Notes: generated by a model from the sequence alone, not told the origin. A stretch of 64,000 nt of DNA from Eledone cirrhosa (GCA_964016885.1 OZ024744.1:54932001-54996000), one strand, 5' to 3'. Shown: positions 11,486-23,586, counted from the first letter of the stretch. Numbers and translations are program-made.

Positions 11486-12677
11486 TGTTATTTGCAGATC
11501 GATATATTGAAATATATATGTGTGTGTGTATTATTATACTTTGGGAGGGTCATGCTGTCATATCGATCATCAATCACACGTAATACACCTATTTGTATAT
11601 GTCAATTATTTTATCGCGTTGTTCATGGTTGGTTGAACACGAAATTTGTTCTGGTAGAGAATGACTGAAATATGGATAAACATCAAACTTTTCCTAACCA
11701 TATATTTTTTTTCCTTTTTATCTCAGACTTAGATTGTTTATGTGTGTAATGAAAATTTCTAACGGGGCAACAAATGTTAGACTTTCTTATCTTAAGTAGA
11801 TATTTGTGAGTGTGTCAGAATTATTAACTCTTTCGTCTGAAGATTGCCACCCTACTCCTGCCCTAATATGTCGTCCGCCTCGTGGTCTTAGACGACAGGA
11901 TAGAAAAACATCGTCGCGAGGGAGACGCACTAAAAGAGCTACTCCACCTCGCGGGACTCGCACCTCCGGGCAGTCAACACCGTTCTGATAGTAGTGAGCA
12001 CGGACGTAGTCCGGGGCCCAAGAACGCCCGAAGTCAGCACTGCTACAGACTCAACCACAAACCTATCAGAAAACAGCCGATTAACATATGTTGACTGTAT
12101 CTCTCGTCTCACTTGTAATGATGTCTTTACCAAACACACACATACGTGTTCTGTCTCTATATATAGAGAGACTATATATATTCATATATTTCTTTTTCTG
12201 AATGGGAAAATATCTTTTTAGTCTTAGACATTTAAGTATGTCTCCAGTTTCTGCCAGAACGAGTCTAGGTCGATTCCTGTCTGCTTGTCTTTCTCAACCT
12301 CTTGTCTGCTTGTCTCCCCATTTACTCCTCCATCCTTTTCTTTGTGTGCCCCCCGCCCCCCCACACACACACATACACCCTCTCTTTCTCTTTTTCTCTC
12401 TCATCTCCTTCAAATAACCTAGTTCGTTGTCGTACTCAGCGAGACATAAAGCAGCAAGCAACAACGCAACAGTTTTGCTACATGTCACAAGAACTTAGCT
12501 CACAAACTTGTACCTACCTCACCCAACAATTCATCCTCATTCTTCCCCTCTCACCCACTGCTTGTTACACTTTCTCTTCCCTCCTATATTCTCTTTCGTC
12601 CTCTTCCCCTCTTCCCCTTCCATTCAACCTTAATCTCATGCAACCTCCAGCAGCTCGTAATTCGTTACACATCTATC

Positions 12678-12862
12678 TTGGCAGTATCAGTAGACGGTCG
12701 GACGCCATGCTTTGCAGCATAGAGTTACGCCCCTTTATGGTGTGAGTTCAAATTCCGCCGAGGTTAACTTTGCCTTTCATCCTTACGGGGTCGATAAAAT
12801 AAAGTACCAGTAATGTACTGAGATAATTGCTGGCCTTGTGCCAAAAGTAGAAACAATTATAA
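12678..12862 (+). mobile_element. tRNA-derived SINE family A
   Basis: A-box-like TGGCAGTATCAGTAGA, B-box-like GAGTTCAAATTCC, conserved body and tail. Confidence 0.85.
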
Positions 12863-13012
12863 CTCTCTTTTCGTATAAGCCCCACTTTCGCGCCTACGAC
12901 AAAACAACTAGATGGTTATTCGACCTGCTAGAAATAACAGCCAAAGCATGTCCTACATCATAAAATGTAGTTAGAAGCCCATCAATTTTGCTTTTGATTT
13001 TTCCCTATTTCT

Positions 13013-13296
13013 TTTGCCTTTCATCCTTACGGGGTCGATAAAATAGTACCAGTAATGCACTGAGTAATTGCTGGCCTTGTACCAAAAGTAGAAACAATTA
13101 TTATCAAATAGGGCGGTGGACTAGCAGTATTGGTAGAGGGTCTGACGCCATGCTTTGCAACATAGAGTTACGGCCCTTTACGACCTGAGTTAACTTTGCC
13201 TTTCATCCTTACGGGGTCGATAAAATAAAGTACCAGTAATGTACTGAGATAATTGCTGGCCTTGTGCCAAAAATAGAAACAATTATTATCAAATAG
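13013..13296 (+). mobile_element. Two adjacent SINE family A copies (truncated copy, then full copy from 13111)
   Basis: Repeated body; attattatcaaatag duplicated on both sides of the second copy. Confidence 0.85.
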
Positions 13297-13382
13297 TGGT
13301 CCAGTGCCGTCTGTAATGAAGGCAATAGCGTTGAATATATTTAATTTTGAAAATCCAGGATTGGTATGCTATATATAGCAGT

Positions 13383-13700
13383 TCCGTCGGTTGTGACGAT
13401 TAGTGTCTCTATTGATACCATCAACGGAAAAGCCTGCTCGTGAAATTAACGTGCAAGTGGATGAGCATTCCGCAGACACATGTACCCATAACGTTGTACT
13501 CAGGAAGATTCAGCCTAACAGAGAATGTGACAAGGCTGTCCCTTCGAATTACAAGTGCAACTCATTTTTGCCAGCTGAGAAGACTGGAACATCGTGAAAT
13601 AAAGTAACTTGCTCAAGGACAGAACACGCCAATGGAAATCAAACTCACGACCTTTCAATCGTGAGCCGAATACCCTAACCAGAAAGCCTCTCGTCTTATG
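13383..13700 (-). mobile_element. tRNA-derived SINE family B
   Basis: gtgaaataaagt..ttgctcaagga...aatcaaactcacgacct matches 26068-26385, 57745-57860 and 59470-59620. Confidence 0.8.
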
Positions 13701-13890
13701 AACAATCATGCAAACTGGGAAGATTGCGTTTTGATCAATTTATGGATTGCTTAAAAGAAACCAAACCTTATAGTTTATGTTGATTACTGACATGTGAAAG
13801 TGATTAAAAATAAAAATGATTTTTTAATCATTTGGAGAAATAACTATATACACGAAATGACCTTCTCTGTCATTAATGTATAATTTAAAA

Positions 13891-14075
13891 GGGTGGTGGA
13901 TTGGCAGTATCGGTAGAGGGTCGGACGCCATGCTTTCCAGCATAGTTACGTCCCTTTACGATCTGAGTTCAAATCCCGCCGAGGTTGACTTTGCCTTTCA
14001 TCCTTACGGGGTCGATAAAATAAAGTACCAGTAATGCACTGGGTAATTGCTGGCCTTGTGCCTAAAGTAGAAACA
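13891..14075 (+). mobile_element. Full-length SINE family A with 19-bp TSD
   Basis: TSD attaatgtataatttaaaa at 13872-13890 and 14076-14094; A and B boxes. Confidence 0.92.
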
Positions 14076-14922
14076 ATTAATGTATAATTTAAAACATATT
14101 TGTAATGTTATTTATACAATTAATAAATATTTGTAAATGTATTGTGTAAATCATGACTGACATGGGAAATGTATTGTGTAAATCATGCAACCAATAAAAG
14201 CATAAAAATTTGTGGTGTCTTTGTTCCTTTGTAAATTCTTATCAATGTGATTGCGGAAAGTTGTTTTCCCTACGGCATGCGCTTACAACCACTGGTTTCA
14301 TCGACTAGGGCGAGACTGCACAGCAACAATTCTCTTGACTCATTGAGATACACTTCCCTCGTTTGCCATGGACTCCACCAACAAACTACTCATTCAACTA
14401 CTTCTTCAATTTCATTTCACAATTCCAACTACCACACCACAAATGAACTACAGGGAGAAATAAACAATCATCTTTACCCCGCTAAATAGCTTTCAAACTA
14501 AAAAAATAAAAAAAAACTTCTGATGATAGCCTTCGGAAAAACATCGTAACGAATACAAATCTCTGAAAAAAAAAATGAAACACTTTTTTTTTAACGTCTA
14601 TAGATAGAAGTAACTTATAGCGTCGTTCCAGTTACAACAAACTCTTTCGTACACCCGCTAAAATTGAAGAAAACGCAACCTTCACTCACGCAGCATTGAG
14701 AACAGTTTGCAAACACGGAGAATTTCTGAACAACTAGACAAACATAACCAAATTATGGTTCATAGCGACGCAGCAAACTCATTCAATGAAGCACACACGC
14801 ACACAATAATTGTATTGAACTCTATTTTTTTAAAAGTTATATTTATATATTTTTTCCATTTTCATTGTAAAATTCTGTTTTTTTGCGTACAATTAGTCTC
14901 TTGCGTATAATTTTATCTATTA

Positions 14923-15103
14923 CAGTAAAATTCCGGTATAACGAATACCATTATAACGAATTTTTCAGTATATCGAAATGTTTTCAATCCCCGAGGTAAT
15001 AACAAACGCTCGATTTCTTTCGGACGATCTCGTTATAATGAATTTTTCGTTACAACGAAAAGTTTTTATACTCCGTGAATTGCGTTATAACGGAATTTCA
15101 CTG
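14923..15103. mobile_element. Tc1/mariner-pogo (Tigger-like) MITE
   Basis: TA-flanked TIRs cagtaaaattccggtataacg / cgttataacggaatttcactg with internal cgttataacg repeats. Confidence 0.85.
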
Positions 15104-16149
15104 TATATGTTTATACGCATAGTCACAAACATTTCCAAGTGTTTTGATTTCTGTAAGGTACCACGAGATAGTTTTCTCCTCTTCTCTTTCACTCCCAACT
15201 AGCTTAGAATTAATCAGAATATCTTTCTGACAGTAACCGTCTATACCTACTTAAGTGTGCAACTTAAATGCATTAGCAGAGGCTCATGCTATTTGCAATT
15301 GCGGCCAACGCCGATAGATCTACTTCAATGTAGATTAACTTCCCAACTTACAGTGTAATGTAACACTTGACATCTTAACATATGTAGAGCGACTTCATAT
15401 AACTAAAGCCAGCATAGATCTTGATCCCACATTTATCAAATAATACTCTAGCAGTCCGATTTTGCTACTTCTTCTGTTATCAATTGCTGCTCCCACATCG
15501 ATCAGGGCGGGGAACTACTGTAGCGAAACTATTGCCATGTTCTCAGGTGGTCGGTTTATAACACCCTGACCTTTAACCTCAGTCAGACTAACTGTGATAC
15601 TAATTATTTTGTTTGAACTAACAATGTGACCATTTAGATTTATTGCCGTTGTCTAAAAGGAAATAATCAAAGGTCACGTGTTTATTGATTTCTGACACAC
15701 AATCCTTATAAATGCAAGAGATTTTGACACAAGGACAGCAGAGAGTCCGTTTCTTCTCTCTGCCACGGAACACTGCTGGCTCTTTTGTCCTGCAATACAC
15801 AAACAACAAAGTTCACTATGTAGCCATATACAGACACTCCTATGCAGTCCTGCTGGCTAGGAGGGTTGGCTAGAAACAGCAATCAAAACGTTAGTTATTC
15901 CCTATTTTGAAATTCTACATTCACACACACAATCAATACACTACAATTATATGTGTACCTTTTTTCTGTTGTTCATTATTACTGTACATGATTTCAAAGT
16001 AAATCATGCAACCAATAAAAATATGAAAATTAGCAGTGTCTTGTTCATTTGTAAATTCATGTGATTGGGGGAAATTGTTTACCACACAGCAATATCACAT
16101 CACCACTATAAGCAACTACAACCATTGGTTTCATTAACTATAGCAAGAC

Positions 16150-16655
16150 TTCATAACTAAAGTCACTCTCAATGAATCCAAAGTAATTTTCAGCAAGAAT
16201 CAATGTGTGCAGACGACTACTGGACTAATCACTGTAAAGCAATCCAAACAGTTTCAGATCTTGGTGATGATAAAACAGTGCATGGTTTCATGAAGATAGT
16301 GCTTGGCCGGAGTCTCATAAAGGTAGCCAAACTCACCAGAGGACAAAAAGATAACCAAACTCATCATAGAACAAAAACGAACAGCTACAGAGATAGTTAC
16401 AACACTACATGAAGTTAAACACTTGATATTCCAGCGAACCCCGATTTGGATCAAGTTCTGCCTTTATTTGATGCACTTACCCAATTAAATAAAGAGCTTG
16501 TATAAGCAATTATCGCCCTGCCAAGCGCTAAAGTGAGAGAGGATAGCATACCCTTGGAAATGTTGAAAAAGAATAAATAAAATCTCCTGCCATATCTGTG
16601 TAATTTACTCCTCCAATGCTTGCGAACTCAAGAAATTCTCCACAAAATTGTGACC
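16150..16655 (+). pseudogene. Decayed RTE-clade LINE fragment (endonuclease-RT linker)
   Basis: CADDYWTNHCKAIQTVSDLGD...MKIVLG resembles RTE linker; degenerate downstream. Confidence 0.5.
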
Positions 16656-16656
16656 T

Positions 16657-16694
<38 letters not shown>

Positions 16695-16715
<21 letters not shown>

Positions 16716-17117
16716 GGTGGCTACCAACTCGTTTTCGAGTACGGCCACTACTTTATATCCATGTAGGAGAACCCCTACCGATGCGCTGAACGAGTGTGAC
16801 TTTTTAGTCCATCCAGCGACTTGAAAACTCTGGTACAAACACTACACTTGTGACAATTATTGACACAGTGCTGGGCCCATGGTACCATGTGATGACAAGT
16901 GCAGAGAGATCTCCAGATATAAAGCAATGCCTGTGCCGTGAAGCTTTTATAGTGAGCAAAGGCACTGTACAAAGCCAGTCCCACTCTCTTAACCAAGATG
17001 ATATTTACCAAAAAGAAGAACAAGCCAACATCATTGGATACCATCAGGGTTGCAGGTATTATATCAGAGTTTTCCTTCTAGAATTCTGCCCTGACAAAGG
17101 CTAAGGGTCATCTCTCC

Positions 17118-17120
<3 letters not shown>
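16695..17120 (-). mobile_element. Non-autonomous RTE-derived element (5' UTR motif plus 3' C2H2 finger and tail)
   Basis: ctagaaggaaaactctga 5' motif, CSVCTRVFKSLDGLKSH, tail gtactcgaaaacgagttggtagccacc; second copy at 31263-31685. Confidence 0.75.
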
Positions 17121-17171
<51 letters not shown>

Positions 17172-17381
17172 AAATATAAAACAATCAAATTTTTGCTTAA
17201 TACATTACATGCTCTGTAATACATCTGATAATTTATATTGAGCTTTTTCTCTTACTGGTAATTGGGTAGTGCTTAATACTACCCTTTCATATTTATAATT
17301 ATATATAACTCATATATAAGTATACATAATATTATTAGTATATATATATATATATATATGCAAACTTGACTGTCACCACAG

Positions 17382-17426
17382 AATTGAACCTGAAGATTAC
17401 GAAAGCATGAAAGTACTTGTTCAATT
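17382..17426 (+). ncRNA. Minimal type I hammerhead ribozyme motif
   Basis: aattgaac-CTGAAGA-ttacgaaagcat-GAAA-gtac-tt-gttcaatt; 8-bp stem I, imperfect stem II. Confidence 0.6.
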
Positions 17427-17534
17427 AACACTTAACATTTAATATTCTACCATACTATTTCATTATAATATCATTTTAATTTTAAAGGATTGTAAATATA
17501 ACGAGTAAATCAGACAAAGTTGGAATTCCTTTTA

Positions 17535-17669
<135 letters not shown>

Positions 17670-17715
17670 AGGAAAAGCGAAGTAGTTTCAGATGTTCAAG
17701 TCCTTTAATAATAAT

Positions 17716-17789
17716 GCTGTGATATATATTTCAATGACGACACTGGCCACACTGTTCTGTGTGCGAGTGTCGTGTCATCATCAGACAGC
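17716..17789 (-). ncRNA. Type I hammerhead ribozyme motif
   Basis: Minus strand: gctgt-CTGATGA-tgacacgacact...agtgtcgtcatt-GAAA-tatata-tc-acagc. Confidence 0.7.
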
Positions 17790-17903
17790 TTGTTACATAA
17801 TAAGGTTGTTTCCGAGGCAATCCAAATTGAATCGACATGGGAACGGATGAAGTTCGTGCCTTTGGGTTTTTCATCCGCAGGCTTAACAAATAGTCCTTGT
17901 ATT

Positions 17904-17995
<92 letters not shown>

Positions 17996-18335
17996 AATAC
18001 AAGGACTATTTGTTAAGCCTTCATTGCGTTTATTGATTGGTGACGCGCGTATCGCTATTGATCAGCTCAAGGTTCGATCTGTATCGATCTGGCCCAACTC
18101 TGGAATCAAAAGCTCGTCGGACCTCTGGTGTAGTAATGACCGAATGATTATACACGGCATATAAATGTCTAAAGTTTCGCGTTCATATGTTGGTTAGTTT
18201 ATGTTGTTTTGATGAGTGGTTTAGTTATGAGGAATGTTTTGGCATGTATGATTGGTGGGGGTGGGGTGCGTAGTGACGAGGTGGTTGTGGGGACCGATGG
18301 TTGATATGAGTTGCGTGGTGTGATGTTTTGGCTGG

Positions 18336-18433
<98 letters not shown>

Positions 18434-18627
18434 ATATATATATATAGGAAAAAAGTCAGTACCCGACGACTGAGCTCGGATCTAGCTGCCGAAACGACCG
18501 GAGCTGAGCCGTCGGGCTCCTGACTCTTTTCCTATTACTCACTCTACTACCCTAAATATCGAGTACCTGGTGCGTTATGGTCCACCTGGTATGTTACCAC
18601 ATCTTCTTTGTTATATATGTATATATA

Positions 18628-19362
18628 TAAATTAGAATTGGTGCTCTGAAATAGCGATATATATATGAATGTATATATAGTGTATTTTGCAATACACTAC
18701 ATGCTTAATTAAAAGCATTTTGAAGACCTTACGCTATTGTTTTAAAGTAGTGACTATGTCACTTACTTCTTTTTTCAACAAACAAAGGGAGATAAGCTGA
18801 CAGATCTCTGTTTCACACTGTTGGTACTCCTCAGAGCTTAGCACTCCCCTTGTTTGTTGAAAATTATGAATGTTGGATTCTTATAGAATTCCAGTAATAA
18901 TCAGGAACTGTGTCAGCTTATCTCCCTTTATTTGTTGAAAAAAGAAGTAAGTGACATAGTCACTGCTTTAAAACAATAGCGTAAAGTCTTCAAAATGCTT
19001 TTAATTAAGCATACAGTGTATTGCAAAATACACTATAAACACATTCATATATATATATATATCGCTATTTCAGAGCACCAATTCTAATTTTCAATTTTTG
19101 CTGGACCGGCAACCGCTCTGTATAATCAGTTCCTGATTATTACTGGAATTCTATAAGAATCCAACATTCATAATTTTCAACAAACAAGGAGAGTGCTAAG
19201 CTCTAAGGAATACCAACAGTGTGAAACAGAGATCTGTCAGCTTATCTCCCTTTGTTTGTTGAAAAAAAGAAGTAAGTGACATAGTCACTACTTTAAAACA
19301 ATAGCGTAAGGTCTTCAAAATGCTTTTAATTAAGCATACAGTGTATTGCAAAATACACTATA
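18628..19362. mobile_element. Hammerhead-containing retrozyme/Penelope pseudo-LTR-like repeat: inverted partial copy plus ~1.4 tandem copies
   Basis: 18628-18910 is the reverse complement of sequence in 18911-19362; hammerhead taagct-CTGAGGA-gtaccaacagtgt-GAAA-cagagatctg-TC-agctta. Confidence 0.75.
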
Positions 19363-19531
19363 TATATATATATATTTTGAGTATATGTTGGTTGTATACC
19401 AACACCTCAGTATGCAGATTGGAGCACTCGACGAAGTGCGCAGGTTGGTTTGGTTACTCCGGAGTAATGTAAAATATAATAAAATAAATAAGTCAAATGT
19501 TTAAAATTTTAAACATTTGACTTATTTATTT

Positions 19532-19581
<50 letters not shown>

Positions 19582-20999
19582 AATAAGAAAGGTGACTGCA
19601 ACAACTAAAGAGGGATCTCCCTTCTCAGCATAATCCGTAAAGTTCATTCTGGAGTACTACGCACGTACACGGAGAGAGAGAGAGAGACGAACCACCGAAG
19701 AAACCTTAACCATAACTCTAAAGAAGCCTAACTCATGACTGGATTAAAACCTTTAGAAACCATATGGATCAAACTCCCACATATTGTACTGAAAAAATTT
19801 TTTATGAACCCCTTTGTATTTGAAGCCTAAAGTACGTGTTTATTTTGCTTAGTGATTAATATGGGGGGGGGGGGGGTCAGCTCTAACCCTAACGTGTTTA
19901 TTATGTAATGAATCTGATAAATCAGACGAGATATTTCCATGTTCTTCAAATGAGATATATGCAGAATCATTCTAGACTATTTTAAAAATATTGCGATTTG
20001 ACAACTGTTCAGAACTAGCACCTGGGTATTTAGCACCCTAGGTTAATACAATAATGTGTGCCCCATTCTTCCAGTTATATGCCCCCTTCTCCCAGTTAAG
20101 CACCCCGTTCTGCCAAATTAAATAATTTCAATTTACTGTTTGGTAAGCTGACAAATCTAGTTTTTGACACTTCTAACTCTGACCACATTAAGAAAATTAC
20201 CAAACCTGCATTTTCCACTACACAATCCACACTCACCCACATCAAATTATGTGATGAATCATAACATCATACAACCGTCTCCACCGTTTTGGATATTTTC
20301 ACAACGTTGCTCCGCATCGTTTACTGATTTATCACAGGAAATTATTATATATGTGATCCTATAAAGTTCAGTGATGCACCCCCTCTAGGATCTGTGCCCC
20401 AGGCTGCTGCTTAGTTGTCGAATGGTAGCACCAACCCCTGAACACAGTAGTGATTCTGAAGTCTCCACACGGTATAATAGCTTATGTAGATCAGCCCATT
20501 CGGCATTCATTTCTCGGCAGAGAAAAACATCACTTTGAGTTGCTCAAGCAAATAGAAAGATGTAGCGCTTAGTAAAAAAAATACTCCAGCCCACTCGACA
20601 GGGTCGGCATCTCGATAAATGATAGTTCAATGATTTCTAATTTAGGTACGAGGCCAACAAAATTGAAGTAAGTGCAAAGTTGGTTAAAACATCCCAAGTA
20701 CGTGACTGGTACTATATTTTATTGACCCTAGAAAGATGAACGGCAAAGTTGACGCCGCAATAGCATTTTATCCAACGCTCTACCAATCTTGCCAATCTAC
20801 CGCCCACAATATATTAATACTGCACAACAAAATACAGAATCTTTTCCGACTCTAATGAAAAAGATTTACGATTTGACAACTGATACAGGAAGAAACAGTA
20901 AAAACGTCATTCGACACCGTTCTCAAATGACGAAACGAAGGAAACTAATTCATTTCCAGGAGATGTCGTCTTGTGATAATATCGTTATAGTATTACATG

Positions 21000-21161
21000 C
21001 AGTGCCAAATTTAGGACAAATGAGGCCCTGTGCTAGTTAAGTTATGAGGCCCCCAAACATTTGAAAAATTCATCGTAAAAAAATGGGGTGGGTGCCCCCC
21101 TCTCTCTCTCTCCCTGGCCAACGGGACCCTGTGCTTAAGCACAATGGTAAATCTGACATTG
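21000..21161 (+). mobile_element. hAT-like MITE
   Basis: TIRs cagtgccaaattta / taaatctgacattg; imperfect 8-bp TSD attacatg/actatatg; inverted sister copy at 25565. Confidence 0.7.
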
Positions 21162-21267
21162 ACTATATGCATATTATATGTTGAGACTATTTACCCTTTT
21201 AATACCAACCTGGTCAAAACCAGCTCTGATCCTATGAAACGAAGTTAGCCCATTTTATATGGTTCCT

Positions 21268-21372
21268 ATAGGCGGCAAGTTGGCAGAACGTCGGTTAGAA
21301 TGCTTTGTGGTATTCGTTTCGGCTCTGCTTTGTCGAGGTCGATAAAAGTACCAGTCTACTACTGGGGTAGAT
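21268..21372 (+). mobile_element. Old SINE A-related copy (related copy at 22175-22410)
   Basis: ggcggcaagttggcagaacgtcggttagaatgcttt...gtcgataaaagtaccag. Confidence 0.55.
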
Positions 21373-21892
21373 TCTACATCTATATCTCTTTCTCACTTTT
21401 ATTCTCTCACTTAATCTAACCTTCTCTGGAAGAAATCTACTGTATTCAAGCCTGGAGAGGAGATGGATTAGAAACGCCGTGTGCCAATACGGCGCCCTTA
21501 CGACTTCCCCAGGAGTTAAGAGTATATGCAATACAGGGTTCTATTTACATAAAAATCTTCCAACGTTATTTTATATAAGAATAATATGTTAGGTTGTTAC
21601 AAATACCAACCTAGCCAAAACTGGCTCTGATTTTATGAAACATAGTCAACCCATTTTTAAGTATTCTTATTTAAATATAACTCTTCCAACATAATTTTAT
21701 AAAAGAATCATGTGTTAATTTACTAACTTCATATTGAAATAATTAATTATCTTATATCTTCAAAAATATCTTTAATTAATTGAAATAGAATATATTTCAT
21801 TAGAAATACAGTCATGGAAGGGTTATGATAGCTATCAATTCAATTTCATGGTTTGGCTAGATTTACTTGGATAAATACTGTACAACATGAGG

Positions 21893-22133
21893 ATACACAG
21901 GGGAAGCATAAAGTCTTGGGTGAACATAAAGTCTTTCCCTGGTCATAAACTTTTATTAAGCAAAACATAGAGGAGATAGAAAAACAGTTTTAGAAGAGAA
22001 AATGTAAAACACGCTCAGAAAAACTTTAAACTTGAAGTTGATAAATTAAAATAATGAAAAAGAAAAATCTCAAATAGTAACCGAGATATGGTATTTTATA
22101 ATCAGGGAAAGATTTTATGCTCACCCTGTTTAT
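21893..22133. mobile_element. Mariner-like MITE
   Basis: Ends gggtgaacataaagtctttccctg and inverted cagggaaagattttatgctcaccctg. Confidence 0.6.
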
Positions 22134-22744
22134 AACGATTTTGTGTTGTATTTTGTTATTAATTGAGTTTCCATGAGGCAGCGAATTTCCAGAGTCGTTA
22201 GAACATTGAATAGAATGCTTTGTAGTGTTCGTTCCGACTCTCTTCTCTCTGAATCCAATCCCGCCGAGGTCAACTTTACATTTCATCAATAAAAGAAAGT
22301 ACCAGTTTAGTACTGGATCGATTCTTCCTCTGTATTTCTTTCTCACTTCCTCTCTCTCTCTCACTTTCTATGTTTCTCTGGAAGAAATCTGCTGTCTTTA
22401 GACCTGGAGAATGCCTCCCAAAGGCTGTATGTCAATACCATGCCCCTACCACTCTATCAGGAGTTACGAGACCATGAATGCATACATAGTTTCCATGACT
22501 GACATAGTTGCTATCTTGTATGATATGTTGGACAATTGTCTCATTTACCATAGGTTCGGGTCGATCCATGTCTTGTCAGTGAAATTAAGTAGATGAAAAC
22601 TGTTTGGAAGTCCGTCAGGCGGAGTATAGCTGTAATTTAAAAATCCAACATTGTCACACACATATTATGTAATGTTGATTCTATTTGAGTATTATGTTGA
22701 GGGAACACGTGTCTGTAGAATACTCAGTCACTTACGTATTGATT

Positions 22745-22888
22745 CAGACCTGCCAACCTCTAAAAACTCAAACGCGGAATACCGTGAAAAAAAGTGCCCC
22801 AAAACTGGAAGAAATGAGACAAAATGGGGAGATTTTACCAAAGTGGGTGGGAGATCTTCCTGTCTGGCGAGGAAAGTTGACAGGTCTG
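22745..22888. mobile_element. MITE with CAGACCTGCCAAC TIRs
   Basis: cagacctgccaac / gttgacaggtctg; ttgatt on both flanks; relative at 23587-23774. Confidence 0.7.
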
Positions 22889-23247
22889 TTGATTTCATTA
22901 GCAGACTGATCGAACAACAGGCCATTGAAACCAACTGAGGTTTCTTCCTTCCTTCTTCTTTTTCCAATCTCGTTATAACGCAGCATGTATTTTGTATATT
23001 GATTTAGACTATTTATTATAGTGGCTACCAATGCAATATTAGGGCTTGGCTATACAGTTGAATAAATTTTCTGACCTTAATAGGATCGCGTATGACGACA
23101 GATTTACGGTACATACTCGTATATAAGTCGAGAAATATGTGACAAAAAAATCAATGGTAAAATGTAAGGTTGGCTTTTATTTGAGGTCAATATTTTGCTG
23201 ATTTTCACCGACTTCAAAATTCTATGTAAATGAGGTGTTAAAATATT

Positions 23248-23525
23248 TTCACTTTAGAGGTGAATATTACACCAGTTTCACTTTGGAGGTGAATATTACA
23301 CTGGTTTGACTTTGGAAGTGAATATTACACCTCTTTTACTTTGGAAGTGAATATTACACCAATTTTACTTTGGAGGTGAATATTACACCAGTTTCACTTT
23401 GGAGGTGAATATTACACTGGTTTGACTTTGGAAGTGAATATTACACCACTTTTACTTTGGAGGTGAATATTACACCAATTTTACTTTGGAGGTGAATATT
23501 ACACCAGTTTCACTTTGGTGGTGAG
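23248..23525. repeat. 29-bp minisatellite, ~9.5 copies
   Basis: Unit ttcactttggaggtgaatattacaccagt, head to tail with no spacers. Confidence 0.95.
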
Positions 23526-23586
23526 AATTTGAAAACCACACCATCTAAATATAATGTGTTGATTACCTGCCTCGACGTATAAACGC

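Noticed and set aside
12294-12488. Signal-peptide-like short ORF (VALLLAALCLA)
   Set aside because: Non-ATG start, runs into low-complexity sequence, no supporting exon structure
13891-13985. tRNA gene
   Set aside because: A/B boxes belong to a SINE head with body, tail and TSD; no cloverleaf
14518-14560. CTGATGA possible hammerhead (also 54651)
   Set aside because: No convincing stem II/GAAA/stem I pairing
23248-23525. CRISPR-like 29-bp palindromic repeats
   Set aside because: Units are contiguous with no unique spacers, no cas genes, eukaryotic context
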